Shown: piece after piece, positions 1 to 12,374 of the stretch
Position numbering within the stretch: position 1 is the stretch's first letter
Layout: each line of letters opens with the position of its first letter
From: Candidatus Thorarchaeota archaeon
GTDB taxonomy: Archaea; Asgardarchaeota; Thorarchaeia; Thorarchaeales; Thorarchaeaceae
NCBI GenBank assembly: GCA_046482545.1
Contig: JAWOEX010000028.1
Location: 128,001-192,000 of the forward strand
Reading direction: 5' to 3'
Length of the DNA: 64,000 bases
Made by a program: the position numbers and the translations under genes
The notes under the pieces: model-generated
What the model saw: only the letters and a program-made list of their open reading frames with translations
Database searches by the model: none
Told to the model about the DNA's origin: nothing

Positions 1-8
1 ATAGAGAA

Positions 9-779
9 TTGTCTGAAATTTTGGACGAAAACAGTGAGATAGAATACAGAATCGAAGCTGCTTTCATACGAGAGTGGAATTACACAGTCGAGGGAGATCA
101 CATTCGAACTCATAATGGGACCCTTTTCTATGAAGCAAAAGTGGATAATGAAATATCAATCACTATTGATATCGTTGAAATAGATGAACGAATCACCCTT
201 CAGGTACATTATGAAGCGAACACCCCCACCGGATACTACATAGACACCTCATATATAGTGGAACTCAATCCTGAAACTGGTTATTGTATCATTAAGAACG
301 GTCCACTGGAGGGTTTTTATGGCCGTTTGAGTCTTTTCTTCAATTATGAATATCCAGATATCGGTATGTCCATATCCTCGATTGCCGAAAAGGAAATCGT
401 TGTGACAGGTTTCGGTGGTAAGAGAGGGATTGAAATAATGGAAGAATACCAGACTGCTCAACGATACAATTGCTCTTATAACGACACTGTTGATGGTGAG
501 GTTACACATGACAGGTACTATGAAGAAGATACTTCATTACTTTGCAGGGGTTTTGGTGCAATTAGTGATTTGATACTTCTTGGTATGGCGAATATCTCCT
601 ACGCACATGGATTCATGTACCTTGAAGACACAAATATCGAACTCGGAGATCCTTTCTGGGTTCCCTTTGATCCAGGAGCTTATGCTCTGCCCATTCTGGG
701 TGTTGTTGGTATTGGAATCTTCGTGGTTTTCTATATTCTGATCTACAAAGCACAGAGAAGGCAAGACCATCATTCGTGA
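9..779 (+). CDS. Extracellular protein with C-terminal membrane anchor (probably 5'-truncated by the window edge)
   Basis: Acidic, Tyr-rich ORF ending in a hydrophobic helix (ALPILGVVGIGIFVVFYILIY) and a basic tail. Confidence 0.65.
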   Translation: MSEILDENSEIEYRIEAAFIREWNYTVEGDHIRTHNGTLFYEAKVDNEISITIDIVEIDERITLQVHYEANTPTGYYIDTSYIVELNPETGYCIIKNGPLEGFYGRLSLFFNYEYPDIGMSISSIAEKEIVVTGFGGKRGIEIMEEYQTAQRYNCSYNDTVDGEVTHDRYYEEDTSLLCRGFGAISDLILLGMANISYAHGFMYLEDTNIELGDPFWVPFDPGAYALPILGVVGIGIFVVFYILIYKAQRRQDHHS

Positions 780-1082
780 GGGTGTCTAAGAAGGAGCATG
801 CCGAGGGGTTAATTCTGGGCCATCCTACGGTGCTTTGTGGGGGCTGAGCTATAGTCCTTCCTGATGGCTCGCAGCGGGTGCATAGTTTAAACTCAGTATG
901 TGCTATGCAGTAGATATCACTTGTATCCAATTGCTACGAGATTTTGACGAAGAAATTATCGTCCAACACAAACACTAGCGCATTCAAATCGCATTGCAGA
1001 AATCTCAAACATCTTTTTGCAAAGGAAGTAGCGAAATTCTGTTGCATAGAGTTGCTTGTTTCTTATGTCTTAAGAGAGCGTT

Positions 1083-2465
1083 ATGCAGCGAAAAACACAG
1101 AGGTTAACAGCACTGAATGTATCTGATGAATCCATCCACAGTGATAGCACAAGGAACCAACATGGCTCTAAGTCTGTTCGTTCTTTCGCTGTGATGTGGG
1201 GTGGTCAGGCCGTTTCTCTTTTTGGTAGCAGACTTGTACGATTTGCGGTCATATGGTGGTTAACTCTCGCTACGGGTTCCGCCACAGTCTTGGCAACTGC
1301 AACAATAATGTTCTTGCTTCCTCAGATCTTGGCGGGGCCATTTGCTGGTTCCTACGTTGACCGATGGAATAGAAAACGCGTGATGATGGTAGCAGATTCC
1401 CTTATTGCTGCGGCTACTGGGATACTTGCCCTTCTGTTCTTTTTGAATATCCAAGAAATCTGGCACATCTATCTGATAATGTTGGTAACCTCTCTCATGG
1501 GGTCTTTCCATTGGCCAGCAATGCAGGCCTCTACCACGCTATTGGTCCCTGAAGAACATTATTCCCGAATTGGAGGGATCAATCAGTCTCTACAGGGCAT
1601 GGTTAATATCCTTGCACCGCCACTCGGGGCTTTACTCTATGCGCTATTCCCACTAGAGAATATTCTCTTCATTGATATTGCAACTGCTTTTATTGCCGTC
1701 GCTTCGGTCGGACTAATCCATATACCGCAACCTAAGAAGCCTCCGGACTCAAAAGAGCAATCTCCACTCAGTGACATGGCTGACGGAATTCGCTTTCTTC
1801 GGGGGTGGCCAGGCGCCTTGCTCCTTATTGTATTTGCCATGATTCTGAACCTTATTGCCACTCCTGCGTTTTCTTTGCTACCTCTACTCGCAACAAATCA
1901 TTTTGGGGGGGATGCCACCACCCTGGCCCTCATGCAGTCATCAAATGCAGTCGGCATGATTGCCGGGGGCGCCGGAATGGGTATATGGGGGGGAGCTGAA
2001 AGTAGGTCGAAAACTGCAATGGGAGCCTTGGTTGTTCAAGGAATTGCTCTCTTCCTGATTGGATTAGTCCCGGGTAATTCTGTTGAGTTAGCTGTGGGGC
2101 TACTGCTCCTCGCTGGTCTGATGAGTCCAATATTCAACGGTTCAGTCATAGCGGTGATGCAAGCCACGATACCGCCTGAAATGCAGGGCAGAGTTTTCTC
2201 GCTTATCGGTAGTGGAGTTAGTGCTGCGACACCAATTGGTCTTGTAGTTGCAGGTCCGGTAGCAGACACGTTTGGTGTGCCAATCTGGTTTGTGGTCTCT
2301 GGGTTCGTTACGGCAACCTTAAGCATTGTATCCTTCTTTGTTCCTGCACTAATGCAGCTAGAAGAAAGAGCGAAGGATATGTCGAAAACCGAAGACACCA
2401 AAGATGATTCGACGGTTTTAATGACAGAAGAGGAGGGTACATCTAATTCCACCATCAAGAATTGA
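1083..2465 (+). CDS. MFS transporter (MefA/DHA3-like efflux)
   Basis: About 12 hydrophobic segments; MFS motif GSYVDRWNRKRVM; PPEMQGRVFS in the C-terminal half. Confidence 0.9.
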   Translation: MQRKTQRLTALNVSDESIHSDSTRNQHGSKSVRSFAVMWGGQAVSLFGSRLVRFAVIWWLTLATGSATVLATATIMFLLPQILAGPFAGSYVDRWNRKRVMMVADSLIAAATGILALLFFLNIQEIWHIYLIMLVTSLMGSFHWPAMQASTTLLVPEEHYSRIGGINQSLQGMVNILAPPLGALLYALFPLENILFIDIATAFIAVASVGLIHIPQPKKPPDSKEQSPLSDMADGIRFLRGWPGALLLIVFAMILNLIATPAFSLLPLLATNHFGGDATTLALMQSSNAVGMIAGGAGMGIWGGAESRSKTAMGALVVQGIALFLIGLVPGNSVELAVGLLLLAGLMSPIFNGSVIAVMQATIPPEMQGRVFSLIGSGVSAATPIGLVVAGPVADTFGVPIWFVVSGFVTATLSIVSFFVPALMQLEERAKDMSKTEDTKDDSTVLMTEEEGTSNSTIKN

Positions 2466-2640
2466 GCGTGCGAAGAGCAAAATGAGAGATGCTCTTCAGA
2501 GTTCAAATGATTTCTTCTCATGTACTATAATCAGAGATTTGGATTACTTGAGTGTCAAATGCGGTGAGATTTCTGGAGCCTGAATAGCTTGGTTTCATCT
2601 CACAAATCATCGGATAACGCACTGTTCAGCCAATCCAGTT

Positions 2641-3402
2641 CTATGATATCTTAATCATGAATTTCGCCATCCGATCAAGTGCAAGGTCGACTATCTCTTC
2701 CCCTTTCTCGATAGTCGCCTTGGTTGAAAGACCTACTACCCCCGAATCTGTGAAATCCTTCATAGTGAATGCAGAAGACACAGTCGGCGCTTTCTTACGC
2801 ATATCAGGTTCGATATAACCCGGCAGAGGTTTCTTTCCGGGTTCGTCAATTCGCTTGTCAGCCAGAACACGCTGCCCAAGGTACCAAGAGACACTCGTCT
2901 CCATGTCACATGCATGGAATATCGGCCCCTCAACAATGTCGGGTACTCTGTCCATCGCCTGACTCCACCAGTTCATGCTGTATACTCTTGCCGATATCTC
3001 GTTATGCAGAATATGAAGTGCGTTCTGGATAGCAGTCTCATTGCCTCCATGGCCGTTCAGGAGCACGATATTCTCAAACCCATGATGGGCAAGAGATTTA
3101 CACACATCAACAACCATGCTCGCAAGTGTTGATTCCCGGAGCGTAATGGTACCCTTGAAATCCATATGATGCTGAGACTGACCGAATGCAATCGTTGGTG
3201 TTACAACGAGTTTCATTTCGTCCCAGATCCGTTCAGCAAGTCTGTAGGCAAACTGCGTGGCAACGAAATGATCATTATCAACTGGAAGAGCAGGGCCATG
3301 CTGTTCCGTGGATCCAATAGGAACAAGAACAGTTTTGCATCTTTCCAAGCGTTTTTCCACTTCGGGCCAAGTCATCTTTGAGAGTAAGTACTGTTTCTCC
3401 AT
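2641..3402 (-). CDS. Creatininase/creatinine amidohydrolase family protein
   Basis: PIGSTEQHGPALP, NGHGGN and HACDMETS motifs. Confidence 0.92.
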   Translation of the reverse strand: MEKQYLLSKMTWPEVEKRLERCKTVLVPIGSTEQHGPALPVDNDHFVATQFAYRLAERIWDEMKLVVTPTIAFGQSQHHMDFKGTITLRESTLASMVVDVCKSLAHHGFENIVLLNGHGGNETAIQNALHILHNEISARVYSMNWWSQAMDRVPDIVEGPIFHACDMETSVSWYLGQRVLADKRIDEPGKKPLPGYIEPDMRKKAPTVSSAFTMKDFTDSGVVGLSTKATIEKGEEIVDLALDRMAKFMIKIS

Positions 3403-3560
3403 GATGCATCCCGTGGTATGAAGAAGCTACGGTCCCTGATACATGCTTCGAAATGAGACTGGTAGTCTGAAGCGGTAGATTTCATATAAAAAATATATAA
3501 GGAAGTTATCGATATAGTATCCGAAAATCACACTTGCTGTAATAACTGGGGATTTCGTAA

Positions 3561-3987
3561 ATGGAAACTACTAGCAGAAACGTAGAATTCATACGCACAG
3601 AACCTTTTGAAATTGGTGAAGAGAGATTCAAACAAATCAGAATCGACAATAGAAGGATTGTTGCCATAGGAAACGAGACCAGATTTGAACTGCTAATATC
3701 CTTCATAGGGGGGTCATGGATGAAGAGGTGGCGGCACTTCGGAGACAAAATCCTTGGTCTTGGGCTTGTTGTCATGTTCTTTGGAGTTTCCTTTTCCACA
3801 ATAGGTCTAGTTGGTGTGCCTTTTTTTTGTAGGTGGAATCCTCATAATCCTTCTCGGGATCTTTCTGAAACGTGAAGCAATTGTGATATACTGTCCCGGC
3901 CAGAAGTTCAAGATTGAAGGTTCGTCCGATTTTATTGAGGATGTGTGGGACGCCATTATAGGTGCTCACAGTAGAAAAGAGCTGTAA
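3561..3987 (+). pseudogene. Small two-TM membrane protein interrupted by a frameshift in a T8 run (3821-3828)
   Basis: After the T8 tract the +1 frame reads VGGILIILLGIFLKREAIVIYCPGQKFKIEGSSDFIEDVWDAIIGAHSRKEL* to TAA at 3985-3987, completing a TM hairpin. Confidence 0.65.
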
Positions 3988-4077
3988 ATCGTAATCGACG
4001 AATCGAACCTCCAGAAGAAGGCCATTTTTCAACCTAAACAACCAGTATTTATGTTGTAGCATCCACATGTACAAATC

Positions 4078-4392
4078 ATGACGGAGTATAAGCTCGCGAT
4101 AACAACCTGTCCATCCGAGGAGAGCCACAAACTGGCAAGAATCATCGTGGAATCCAAGAAAGCTGCTTGTGTGAATGTAATTGATAACGTATACAGCATC
4201 TACCAGTGGAAAGGTGATGTAGAGACCGCTAAAGAATCGATTCTTTTCATGAAGACAACTGAAGAACTCATTCCAGACCTGCAATCTGTTGTAGAGGAAG
4301 CTCATTCCTATGAAGTGTCAGAATTCGTGGTTCTGCCTATCGAGCAAGGAGCTAAAAGCTATCTGAAATGGATACTTCGTGTTGTGGAGTAG
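4078..4392 (+). CDS. cutA: Divalent-cation tolerance protein CutA
   Basis: AACVN, SIYQWKG and HSYEVSE motifs; 104 aa. Confidence 0.92.
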   Translation: MTEYKLAITTCPSEESHKLARIIVESKKAACVNVIDNVYSIYQWKGDVETAKESILFMKTTEELIPDLQSVVEEAHSYEVSEFVVLPIEQGAKSYLKWILRVVE

Positions 4393-4575
4393 GACTTACG
4401 CGAAAGGCTTTTGAAAGGCCCTGCTCGTCGGCATAGATGATCCGGATTCGTATTTAGGAGAACAAAAAAGGAGTAAGCAGTTTTGCTTCCCCTTTTCTTA
4501 ACCTGTTAAATCAGCACCCTTATTAGGCCGGTGACATTCACTATAGTGAAGAGCAACCGAATGAGATGAATCGCC

Positions 4576-4998
4576 TTGCCAAGACGTAGGAAAACAAGAA
4601 CATGGTTGATGCCGCAGGAAGTTGAGGTCTGGTATATTATACCGGCTATACGAAGAGAACTTACGCGTATAATGATTGAGAAGAACATCGCTCAGAAGAA
4701 CATAGCGAAGATGCTTGGTGTAACTGAACCCGCCGTTACACAGTACAAGCTTGAGAAATCGAAGAGATCGCGAGGCGACCAGGTCGAGATACCCCCGAAC
4801 GTTCAAGACGAGATAGAAGTGTCAGCAGACCGGATACATGAGGCGTGGCTGACCAAGGAAGAGGACCAGCATGTGTACGAGCTCATGACTCGAGAAATTA
4901 ACCGCATCATCGACATCATGCGGGACGAAGGCATCATATGCGAAGTCCATAGACAGCACTGTGAGAATGTAGCAGAGGATTGCAGCGCCTGTAAGTAA
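4576..4998 (+). CDS. Archaeal HTH transcriptional regulator with C-terminal Cys/His cluster
   Basis: PQEVEVWYIIPAIRRELT...QKNIAKMLGVTEPAVTQY HTH; CEVH...C...CSAC tail. Confidence 0.85.
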   Translation: MPRRRKTRTWLMPQEVEVWYIIPAIRRELTRIMIEKNIAQKNIAKMLGVTEPAVTQYKLEKSKRSRGDQVEIPPNVQDEIEVSADRIHEAWLTKEEDQHVYELMTREINRIIDIMRDEGIICEVHRQHCENVAEDCSACK

Positions 4999-5099
4999 TG
5001 AGAGTAGTTGTTCCGAATTTCCTAATGACACTAACACAAGGAAAGCCTATATCAGAACAAGAGAATAACTGATCAACATCCTCAGGAAAGTGTTAGGCA

Positions 5100-5834
5100 A
5101 TGACAGGAAGCATCGAAGTAAGCACGGATGGCTCTATTGTGACCCTTATCATCTCAAGGCCAGATAAGTTGAATTCTGTGACAAAGAGCATGTTGAATGA
5201 CTTCAGCGAGAAAGTTGAGCAGTACACAAACGACCCTGAGGTCACTGCCATTATATTCACCGGAGCCGGTGATAGGGCTTTTTCTGCAGGTTTTAACATG
5301 GACACTATCAAAGGATTGAAGGGGCAAGATAAAGAGGATTTCTTCAAGACACTAGAAGATATTATACGAGTTATCAGGACTGCCAAAAGCTGCCTCACGT
5401 TAGCAGCCGTCAACGGATATGCAGTTGGCTTCGGTTCGATAGTCGCAAGTGCATGTGATTTTAGATTCTTCTCCGAGGATGCCAAGTTTCGCCTTCCGGA
5501 GGTTCAACTAAGCATATTCCCTGGTGCAGGGGCAACCTCTAACCTGCTTCATCTTGTAGGTCCATCACACGCAAAGGACATCCTGCTTACCGGGAGGTCA
5601 GTTCCAGCCAGAGAGGCGAAAGCCATGGGCCTTGCTAATCGCGTTTATCCCAAAGACGAACTAATGCCTCAGGCCAAGGAATTTTTGAAAGAGTTACTGG
5701 AGAAGGACTGCAGAATCCTGCTGAATACTAAGAATCTGATTGACGCCATGACTGGTAAAGACATAGGTGATGCTGCAGAACTCGAAGCAGCTTACCTTGA
5801 AGAATGGCTCCTGAATGAAGCAGATGAAGAGTAG
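5100..5834 (+). CDS. Enoyl-CoA hydratase/isomerase (crotonase) family
   Basis: RPDKLNS, AFSAGFN, AAVNGYAVGFG, ACDFR, PEVQLSIFPGAG. Confidence 0.92.
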   Translation: MTGSIEVSTDGSIVTLIISRPDKLNSVTKSMLNDFSEKVEQYTNDPEVTAIIFTGAGDRAFSAGFNMDTIKGLKGQDKEDFFKTLEDIIRVIRTAKSCLTLAAVNGYAVGFGSIVASACDFRFFSEDAKFRLPEVQLSIFPGAGATSNLLHLVGPSHAKDILLTGRSVPAREAKAMGLANRVYPKDELMPQAKEFLKELLEKDCRILLNTKNLIDAMTGKDIGDAAELEAAYLEEWLLNEADEE

Positions 5835-5933
5835 AATTCGAGTGCCGCCGGTCATGCAGATTGATTCTGGCTACGGTAGGAGTGAAGAAGATTAACAATA
5901 AATGCCCGGGATAGTATTCAGTATACGAGAATC

Positions 5934-7214
5934 ATGTGTGATACGGTAATCGTCCTGCCAGAAGCAGCAGCTGATTCCAGAGCATTGTTTGGCAAGAACT
6001 CAGATAGACCCCCGAACGAGGCCCAAATTGTAGAGTATATTCCGAGAAAGAAGCATGAAGAGGATGAAGTATCCTGCACCCATATTAGCATTCCACAGGT
6101 AGAAGAAACCCATGCAGTCTACATCTCCAGACCATTCTGGATGTGGGGAGCAGAAATGGGTGCTAACGAGATGGGGGTAGTCATTGGGAATGAGGCAGTA
6201 TTTTCAAAAGAGGAAGTTCCTGAAACAGGCCTTCTAGGAATGGATCTGTTACGACTTGGACTTGAGAGAGGAAGAACAGCGGAAGAAGCCCTTGATACCA
6301 TAGTCAACCTTCTCGAAACACATGGTCAAGGAGGCGCCTGTGCGAGAGACGCTGCGCTTGCTTATCAGAACAGCTATATGATAGCCGACTCTACCGAAGC
6401 ATGGGTTTTGGAGACTTCAGGACGGCAGTGGGTGGCACAGCGAGTCAAAGGAGCACGAGCCATATCAAACGGCTATACGATTACTGATGAATGGGATAAG
6501 GCCTCAGAAAAGGTAGTTGAGCATGCCATCGAAATGGAATGGTATGATGGTAAAAACGAGTTCTCATTTGCTGCGGTGTACGAAAATGAAGCTATGAGAT
6601 ACATCGCTCGCTGCGATGATAGGCTTTCTACAACTAGCAGTATCCTGCAGGACAACCTCGGTACAATAGACTTCAGTATGATTGCAGGGCTTCTAAGAGA
6701 TCATCCCGAAGAGTGGAAACCATGGAGTCAAGGCAAAGCAGCCGTATGCCAGCACGCAGGGCATGAGAATTCGTACGTAACAGCGGGAAGCCAGATATCT
6801 CAACTTGGCGATAATCCTCTTCATTGGTTCACTGGTTCTTCAAATCCTTGTACCAGTGTTTATTGGCCCTTCACCTTTGACTCTCCAGGCGTATACAGCG
6901 GTTTCGACAATGCCTCAAAACAGTATTCAAGTAAATCATATTGGTGGAATAGAGAAAAACAGAATCGAGCAATATCGAATAGATTTGACAGAATCACGAC
7001 AGAAGTTCAGTCCATTGTAGCTAAACACCAAGACATTGTCTACAGGCTGACAAGCAGAAAGATGAGCCAACAAGCAATTGAAAAGAAAATTACAGAGCAT
7101 ACCAGGCAGCTGCAAGATATTATTGATCATACCAAAATTGCTGAGAACCTCCCACCCGAATTTGTTAAGTATTGGCAAGAAAGGAATGCCGAAGCTGCCG
7201 TAGATGTGGACTAG
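5934..7214 (+). CDS. Peptidase C69 / secernin-like Ntn hydrolase
   Basis: N-terminal MCDT nucleophile; FGKNSDRPPNEAQ, WMWGAEMGANEMGVVIGNEAV, GLLGMDLLRLGLER. Confidence 0.9.
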   Translation: MCDTVIVLPEAAADSRALFGKNSDRPPNEAQIVEYIPRKKHEEDEVSCTHISIPQVEETHAVYISRPFWMWGAEMGANEMGVVIGNEAVFSKEEVPETGLLGMDLLRLGLERGRTAEEALDTIVNLLETHGQGGACARDAALAYQNSYMIADSTEAWVLETSGRQWVAQRVKGARAISNGYTITDEWDKASEKVVEHAIEMEWYDGKNEFSFAAVYENEAMRYIARCDDRLSTTSSILQDNLGTIDFSMIAGLLRDHPEEWKPWSQGKAAVCQHAGHENSYVTAGSQISQLGDNPLHWFTGSSNPCTSVYWPFTFDSPGVYSGFDNASKQYSSKSYWWNREKQNRAISNRFDRITTEVQSIVAKHQDIVYRLTSRKMSQQAIEKKITEHTRQLQDIIDHTKIAENLPPEFVKYWQERNAEAAVDVD

Positions 7215-7218
7215 ATTA

Positions 7219-7824
7219 TCATTGATTAACAGATTGTGAAATCTCTTCCAAACTCCTTCCAGTCATTACTGATGCTGGTTCTTCCTCCAGGATGTCCCGT
7301 TCTGGTTCAGCCTTTTCATCCTTCATTTTAATCAGAAGCCACCTTGCATTCTCTCCACTCCCGGTTCGTATCAGGACGTATCCCCCTTCCAGTTTGTTAC
7401 CCTCCAACCAGACCTCAACCTTTCCGTCCTTCAGGCTCTCAGTCATGTTCTTACGGGCTTCCGAATCCTCCTTTTCAGCTCGGAGATTACGATACGTTCC
7501 ATAATCCCAGACCATTACCGTTCCTGCGCCATACTCTCCCTCGGGGATAACTCCCTCAAAATCTCCGTATTCTAGGGCGTGATCTTCGGTAGGCACCGCC
7601 AAACGTTTAGTTGACGGGTCGGTGGACGGCCCTTTTGGAACAGCCCACGATTTCAGCACGCCTTCAATCTCAAGCCTGAAATCATAATGCAAATTGCTCG
7701 CATCGTGCTTTTGTATAACGAAAATTGGTTTCTCTGATGAGCCACTCCTACCTCCTTCAGGCTCGGGAGTTTTTGAAAAATCTCTTTTGCTACGATACTC
7801 TGCAAGCGGGTCTTCTTCATCCAT
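7219..7824 (-). CDS. Stand-alone DNA ligase D 3'-phosphoesterase (PE) domain protein
   Basis: YRSKRDFSKTPEP, FVIQKHDASNLHYDFRLE, SWAVPKGPS, EDH, YGAGTVMVWD. Confidence 0.93.
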   Translation of the reverse strand: MDEEDPLAEYRSKRDFSKTPEPEGGRSGSSEKPIFVIQKHDASNLHYDFRLEIEGVLKSWAVPKGPSTDPSTKRLAVPTEDHALEYGDFEGVIPEGEYGAGTVMVWDYGTYRNLRAEKEDSEARKNMTESLKDGKVEVWLEGNKLEGGYVLIRTGSGENARWLLIKMKDEKAEPERDILEEEPASVMTGRSLEEISQSVNQ

Positions 7825-7856
7825 CCTCTGTTTCTCCGGCTAAAAGGCTCCCAGTA

Positions 7857-9935
<2,079 letters not shown>

Positions 9936-10042
9936 CTATCACTGTTGCAAAGCACTATATCAAGTTCCCCCAAAGGAGGAGTTTTGTACACACCAGACCC
10001 TTTAATTAGGAGGAACAAGGCACGTTTCACCTCTAGTGTAAG

Positions 10043-11002
10043 ATGGAGTTGATTATGACGAGTCGCAGAGCAGTCGTAGCAATAGGCGGAAATTCTCTAA
10101 TTAAGGACAAGCAACACCAATCCATTCCAGACCAGTATACTGCAGCAGCTGAGAGTTGTCATCATATTGCAGATATGATTTCAAAGGGCTGGGACGTTGT
10201 ACTCACATCAGGCAATGGACCGCAGGTTGGGTTCATCATGAGGCGTTCCGAACTAGCCAAGCATGAATTACACGAGGTCCTGATGGACTATGCAGGAGCG
10301 GACACTCAGGGCGCAATCGGATACATGCTGCAGAGGGCCCTTCATAATGAATTCAAGCACAGAGACATAGATAAGCACGCGGCGACAATAATCACACAAA
10401 CACTTGTAGACAAAGACGATCCAGCTTTTGAGAATCCCGCAAAACCAGTTGGCACCTTTATGGACAAAGAAACAGCACAAAAGAGAGCTAACCAGCAGGG
10501 ATGGGAAATCGTCGAAGACGCTGGTCGAGGCTGGAGAAGAGTTGTTCCATCTCCAATTCCAAAAGAAATCATCCAGCAGCCAGCTATCGATGCACTCATC
10601 AAAGAGGGTATCGTTACTTACGCAGTTGGCGGCGGGGGGATTCCTGTAATCAGGGAGGAAGATGGTACTCTAGAAGGGGTTGAAGCAGTGATAGATAAGG
10701 ACAGAGCTTCAAGCTTGCTTGCAAGCGAGATGGGTATGGATCTCTTGCTTATTTCGACTGCCGTTGAAAAGGCATATCTCAATTTCGGCACTGAAGAGGA
10801 AGAACCCATAGATGAGATGACGCCCTCAGAAGCGGAGAAGTATATTGAGGAAGGTCACTTTGCTCCAGGAAGTATGCTACCCAAGGTAGAGGCTTGTGTT
10901 GATTTCATCAAGAACGGCGGCGACCTAGCCATAATCACTAATCCGCCCAATATCACTAACGCCTTAGCAAGAAAGACTGGCACAAGAATCGTACCCGAGT
11001 AG
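10043..11002 (+). CDS. arcC: Carbamate kinase
   Basis: VVAIGGNSL, GNGPQVG, NPAKPVG, GWRRVVPSP, GGGGIPV, EAVIDKD, GSMLPKV. Confidence 0.95.
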   Translation: MELIMTSRRAVVAIGGNSLIKDKQHQSIPDQYTAAAESCHHIADMISKGWDVVLTSGNGPQVGFIMRRSELAKHELHEVLMDYAGADTQGAIGYMLQRALHNEFKHRDIDKHAATIITQTLVDKDDPAFENPAKPVGTFMDKETAQKRANQQGWEIVEDAGRGWRRVVPSPIPKEIIQQPAIDALIKEGIVTYAVGGGGIPVIREEDGTLEGVEAVIDKDRASSLLASEMGMDLLLISTAVEKAYLNFGTEEEEPIDEMTPSEAEKYIEEGHFAPGSMLPKVEACVDFIKNGGDLAIITNPPNITNALARKTGTRIVPE

Positions 11003-11128
11003 ATTTGTTTCGGTCATGGAACGCAGAATAGATCTGCTTCCCGATAGTATATCGGGGCACTTCTACGACCTTGTCGGAAGAGACATATTAATAGACGTTC
11101 CACGAATACAAAGCTGAGAGAGGATACA

Positions 11129-11509
11129 ATGAAAAGAGAGGTAGTTCATTCTAAAGATGCGCCGCAGGCTGTTGGGCCGTACTCCCAAGCCATAAAGACG
11201 GGAGACTTCGTCTTCTGTTCGGGTCAAATCCCTATGGAGCCCGAGACCGGAGAGATTGTAACAGGTACCATAACCAGCCAGACAAAACAATGTCTCAGCA
11301 ACATACAAGCTGTTCTCAAGGCTGCTGGTTCCTCAATGGATAAGGTGGTCAAGGTGACCATCTTTCTGAAGAACATGGACGATTTCGGCGAGATGAACGA
11401 AGAATATGCCACCTGGTTTGGGGATGACCCACCTGCCAGAGCAGCGGTAGAAGTGCGAAGGCTTCCTAAACATGTAGGCATTGAGATTCAAGCTATAGCA
11501 CTCCAGTAG
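11129..11509 (+). CDS. ridA: RidA/YjgF reactive-intermediate imine deaminase
   Basis: [32 protein letters not shown]. Confidence 0.93.
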   Translation: MKREVVHSKDAPQAVGPYSQAIKTGDFVFCSGQIPMEPETGEIVTGTITSQTKQCLSNIQAVLKAAGSSMDKVVKVTIFLKNMDDFGEMNEEYATWFGDDPPARAAVEVRRLPKHVGIEIQAIALQ

Positions 11510-11536
11510 CAACCTAATTGATTTGAAAAAAATGGA

Positions 11537-12319
11537 ATGGGGAAAATCCTGTTGAGACAGCTGCTTTCCCGGGTCGGTACTTCACTCGTAATACTGTCAG
11601 GATTCCTGGTCGCTTTGACCGTTATCGGCGATGTCATGCTGGGTTTTGAAGTTCCTCAAGCTCAGGCTCCATTCATGATTTTAGCTTCTCTTGCGTTCAT
11701 TATCGGCGGGACAGCATGTTTCAATGCTCAAGTCCAGGACCGGTCACTTCTCATAACAGCGGGGCTTGTCGTTATCGCGATTTCACTCTACTTAGTCGAG
11801 CCTTTCATCTTGTCACTTTTTACCCTAGCTTCAGGTGCAGTTGTCATGTCTGCTGGATTCGTGGGAAGGCACCAACCACCAGAGACCCCGTTTGCTTTTG
11901 ATCTTTCGAATGACTGGCATTTTCGGAATGCCAAAGGAAACGAGAATCGCGGTAGCCTTCAAGCAGCAACATTTGTTGACGACAATCTTGTCGTTTACCT
12001 GCTGATGTGGAACAAATCCGACAGATATGTTGACGATGCGTTCCATAGAATCAGACAAGAGGTCATGGAACCGAGGTCTGAAAATATCAGCTCTGGCTCT
12101 GCTGAAATCTACGGACACGATGCGGAGTCATTCAGTGGAACGAGCACTGACGGACATTACTTTGAAGTGTACAAGTATCATTGCAGACCCTCTGAAATGA
12201 ATATACTTCTGCAGATTACCTCTCAGGGAGGAGAAGCAGCAGTAAGGGAAGGCCAAGAGAAGGTTATATGTCATGGATCGTTTGACGACAGCGGAGAGAA
12301 ACAGAGACAGGATTCGTAG
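11537..12319 (+). CDS. Hypothetical protein: four N-terminal TM helices plus a soluble C-terminal domain
   Basis: Hydrophobic first ~110 aa followed by a globular domain; no family recognised. Confidence 0.7.
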   Translation: MGKILLRQLLSRVGTSLVILSGFLVALTVIGDVMLGFEVPQAQAPFMILASLAFIIGGTACFNAQVQDRSLLITAGLVVIAISLYLVEPFILSLFTLASGAVVMSAGFVGRHQPPETPFAFDLSNDWHFRNAKGNENRGSLQAATFVDDNLVVYLLMWNKSDRYVDDAFHRIRQEVMEPRSENISSGSAEIYGHDAESFSGTSTDGHYFEVYKYHCRPSEMNILLQITSQGGEAAVREGQEKVICHGSFDDSGEKQRQDS

Positions 12320-12374
12320 TCAGGTCGCAATCAGCCACATCAAGAGCGACCAAGCATAACAGATTGTCAGTCTT

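Noticed and set aside
780-912. SECIS or small RNA after the TGA of the first ORF (GCCATC...GATGGC, TGCATAG...CTATGCA stems)
   Set aside because: The TGA follows a normal TM plus basic tail, and the stems are short with no SECIS core
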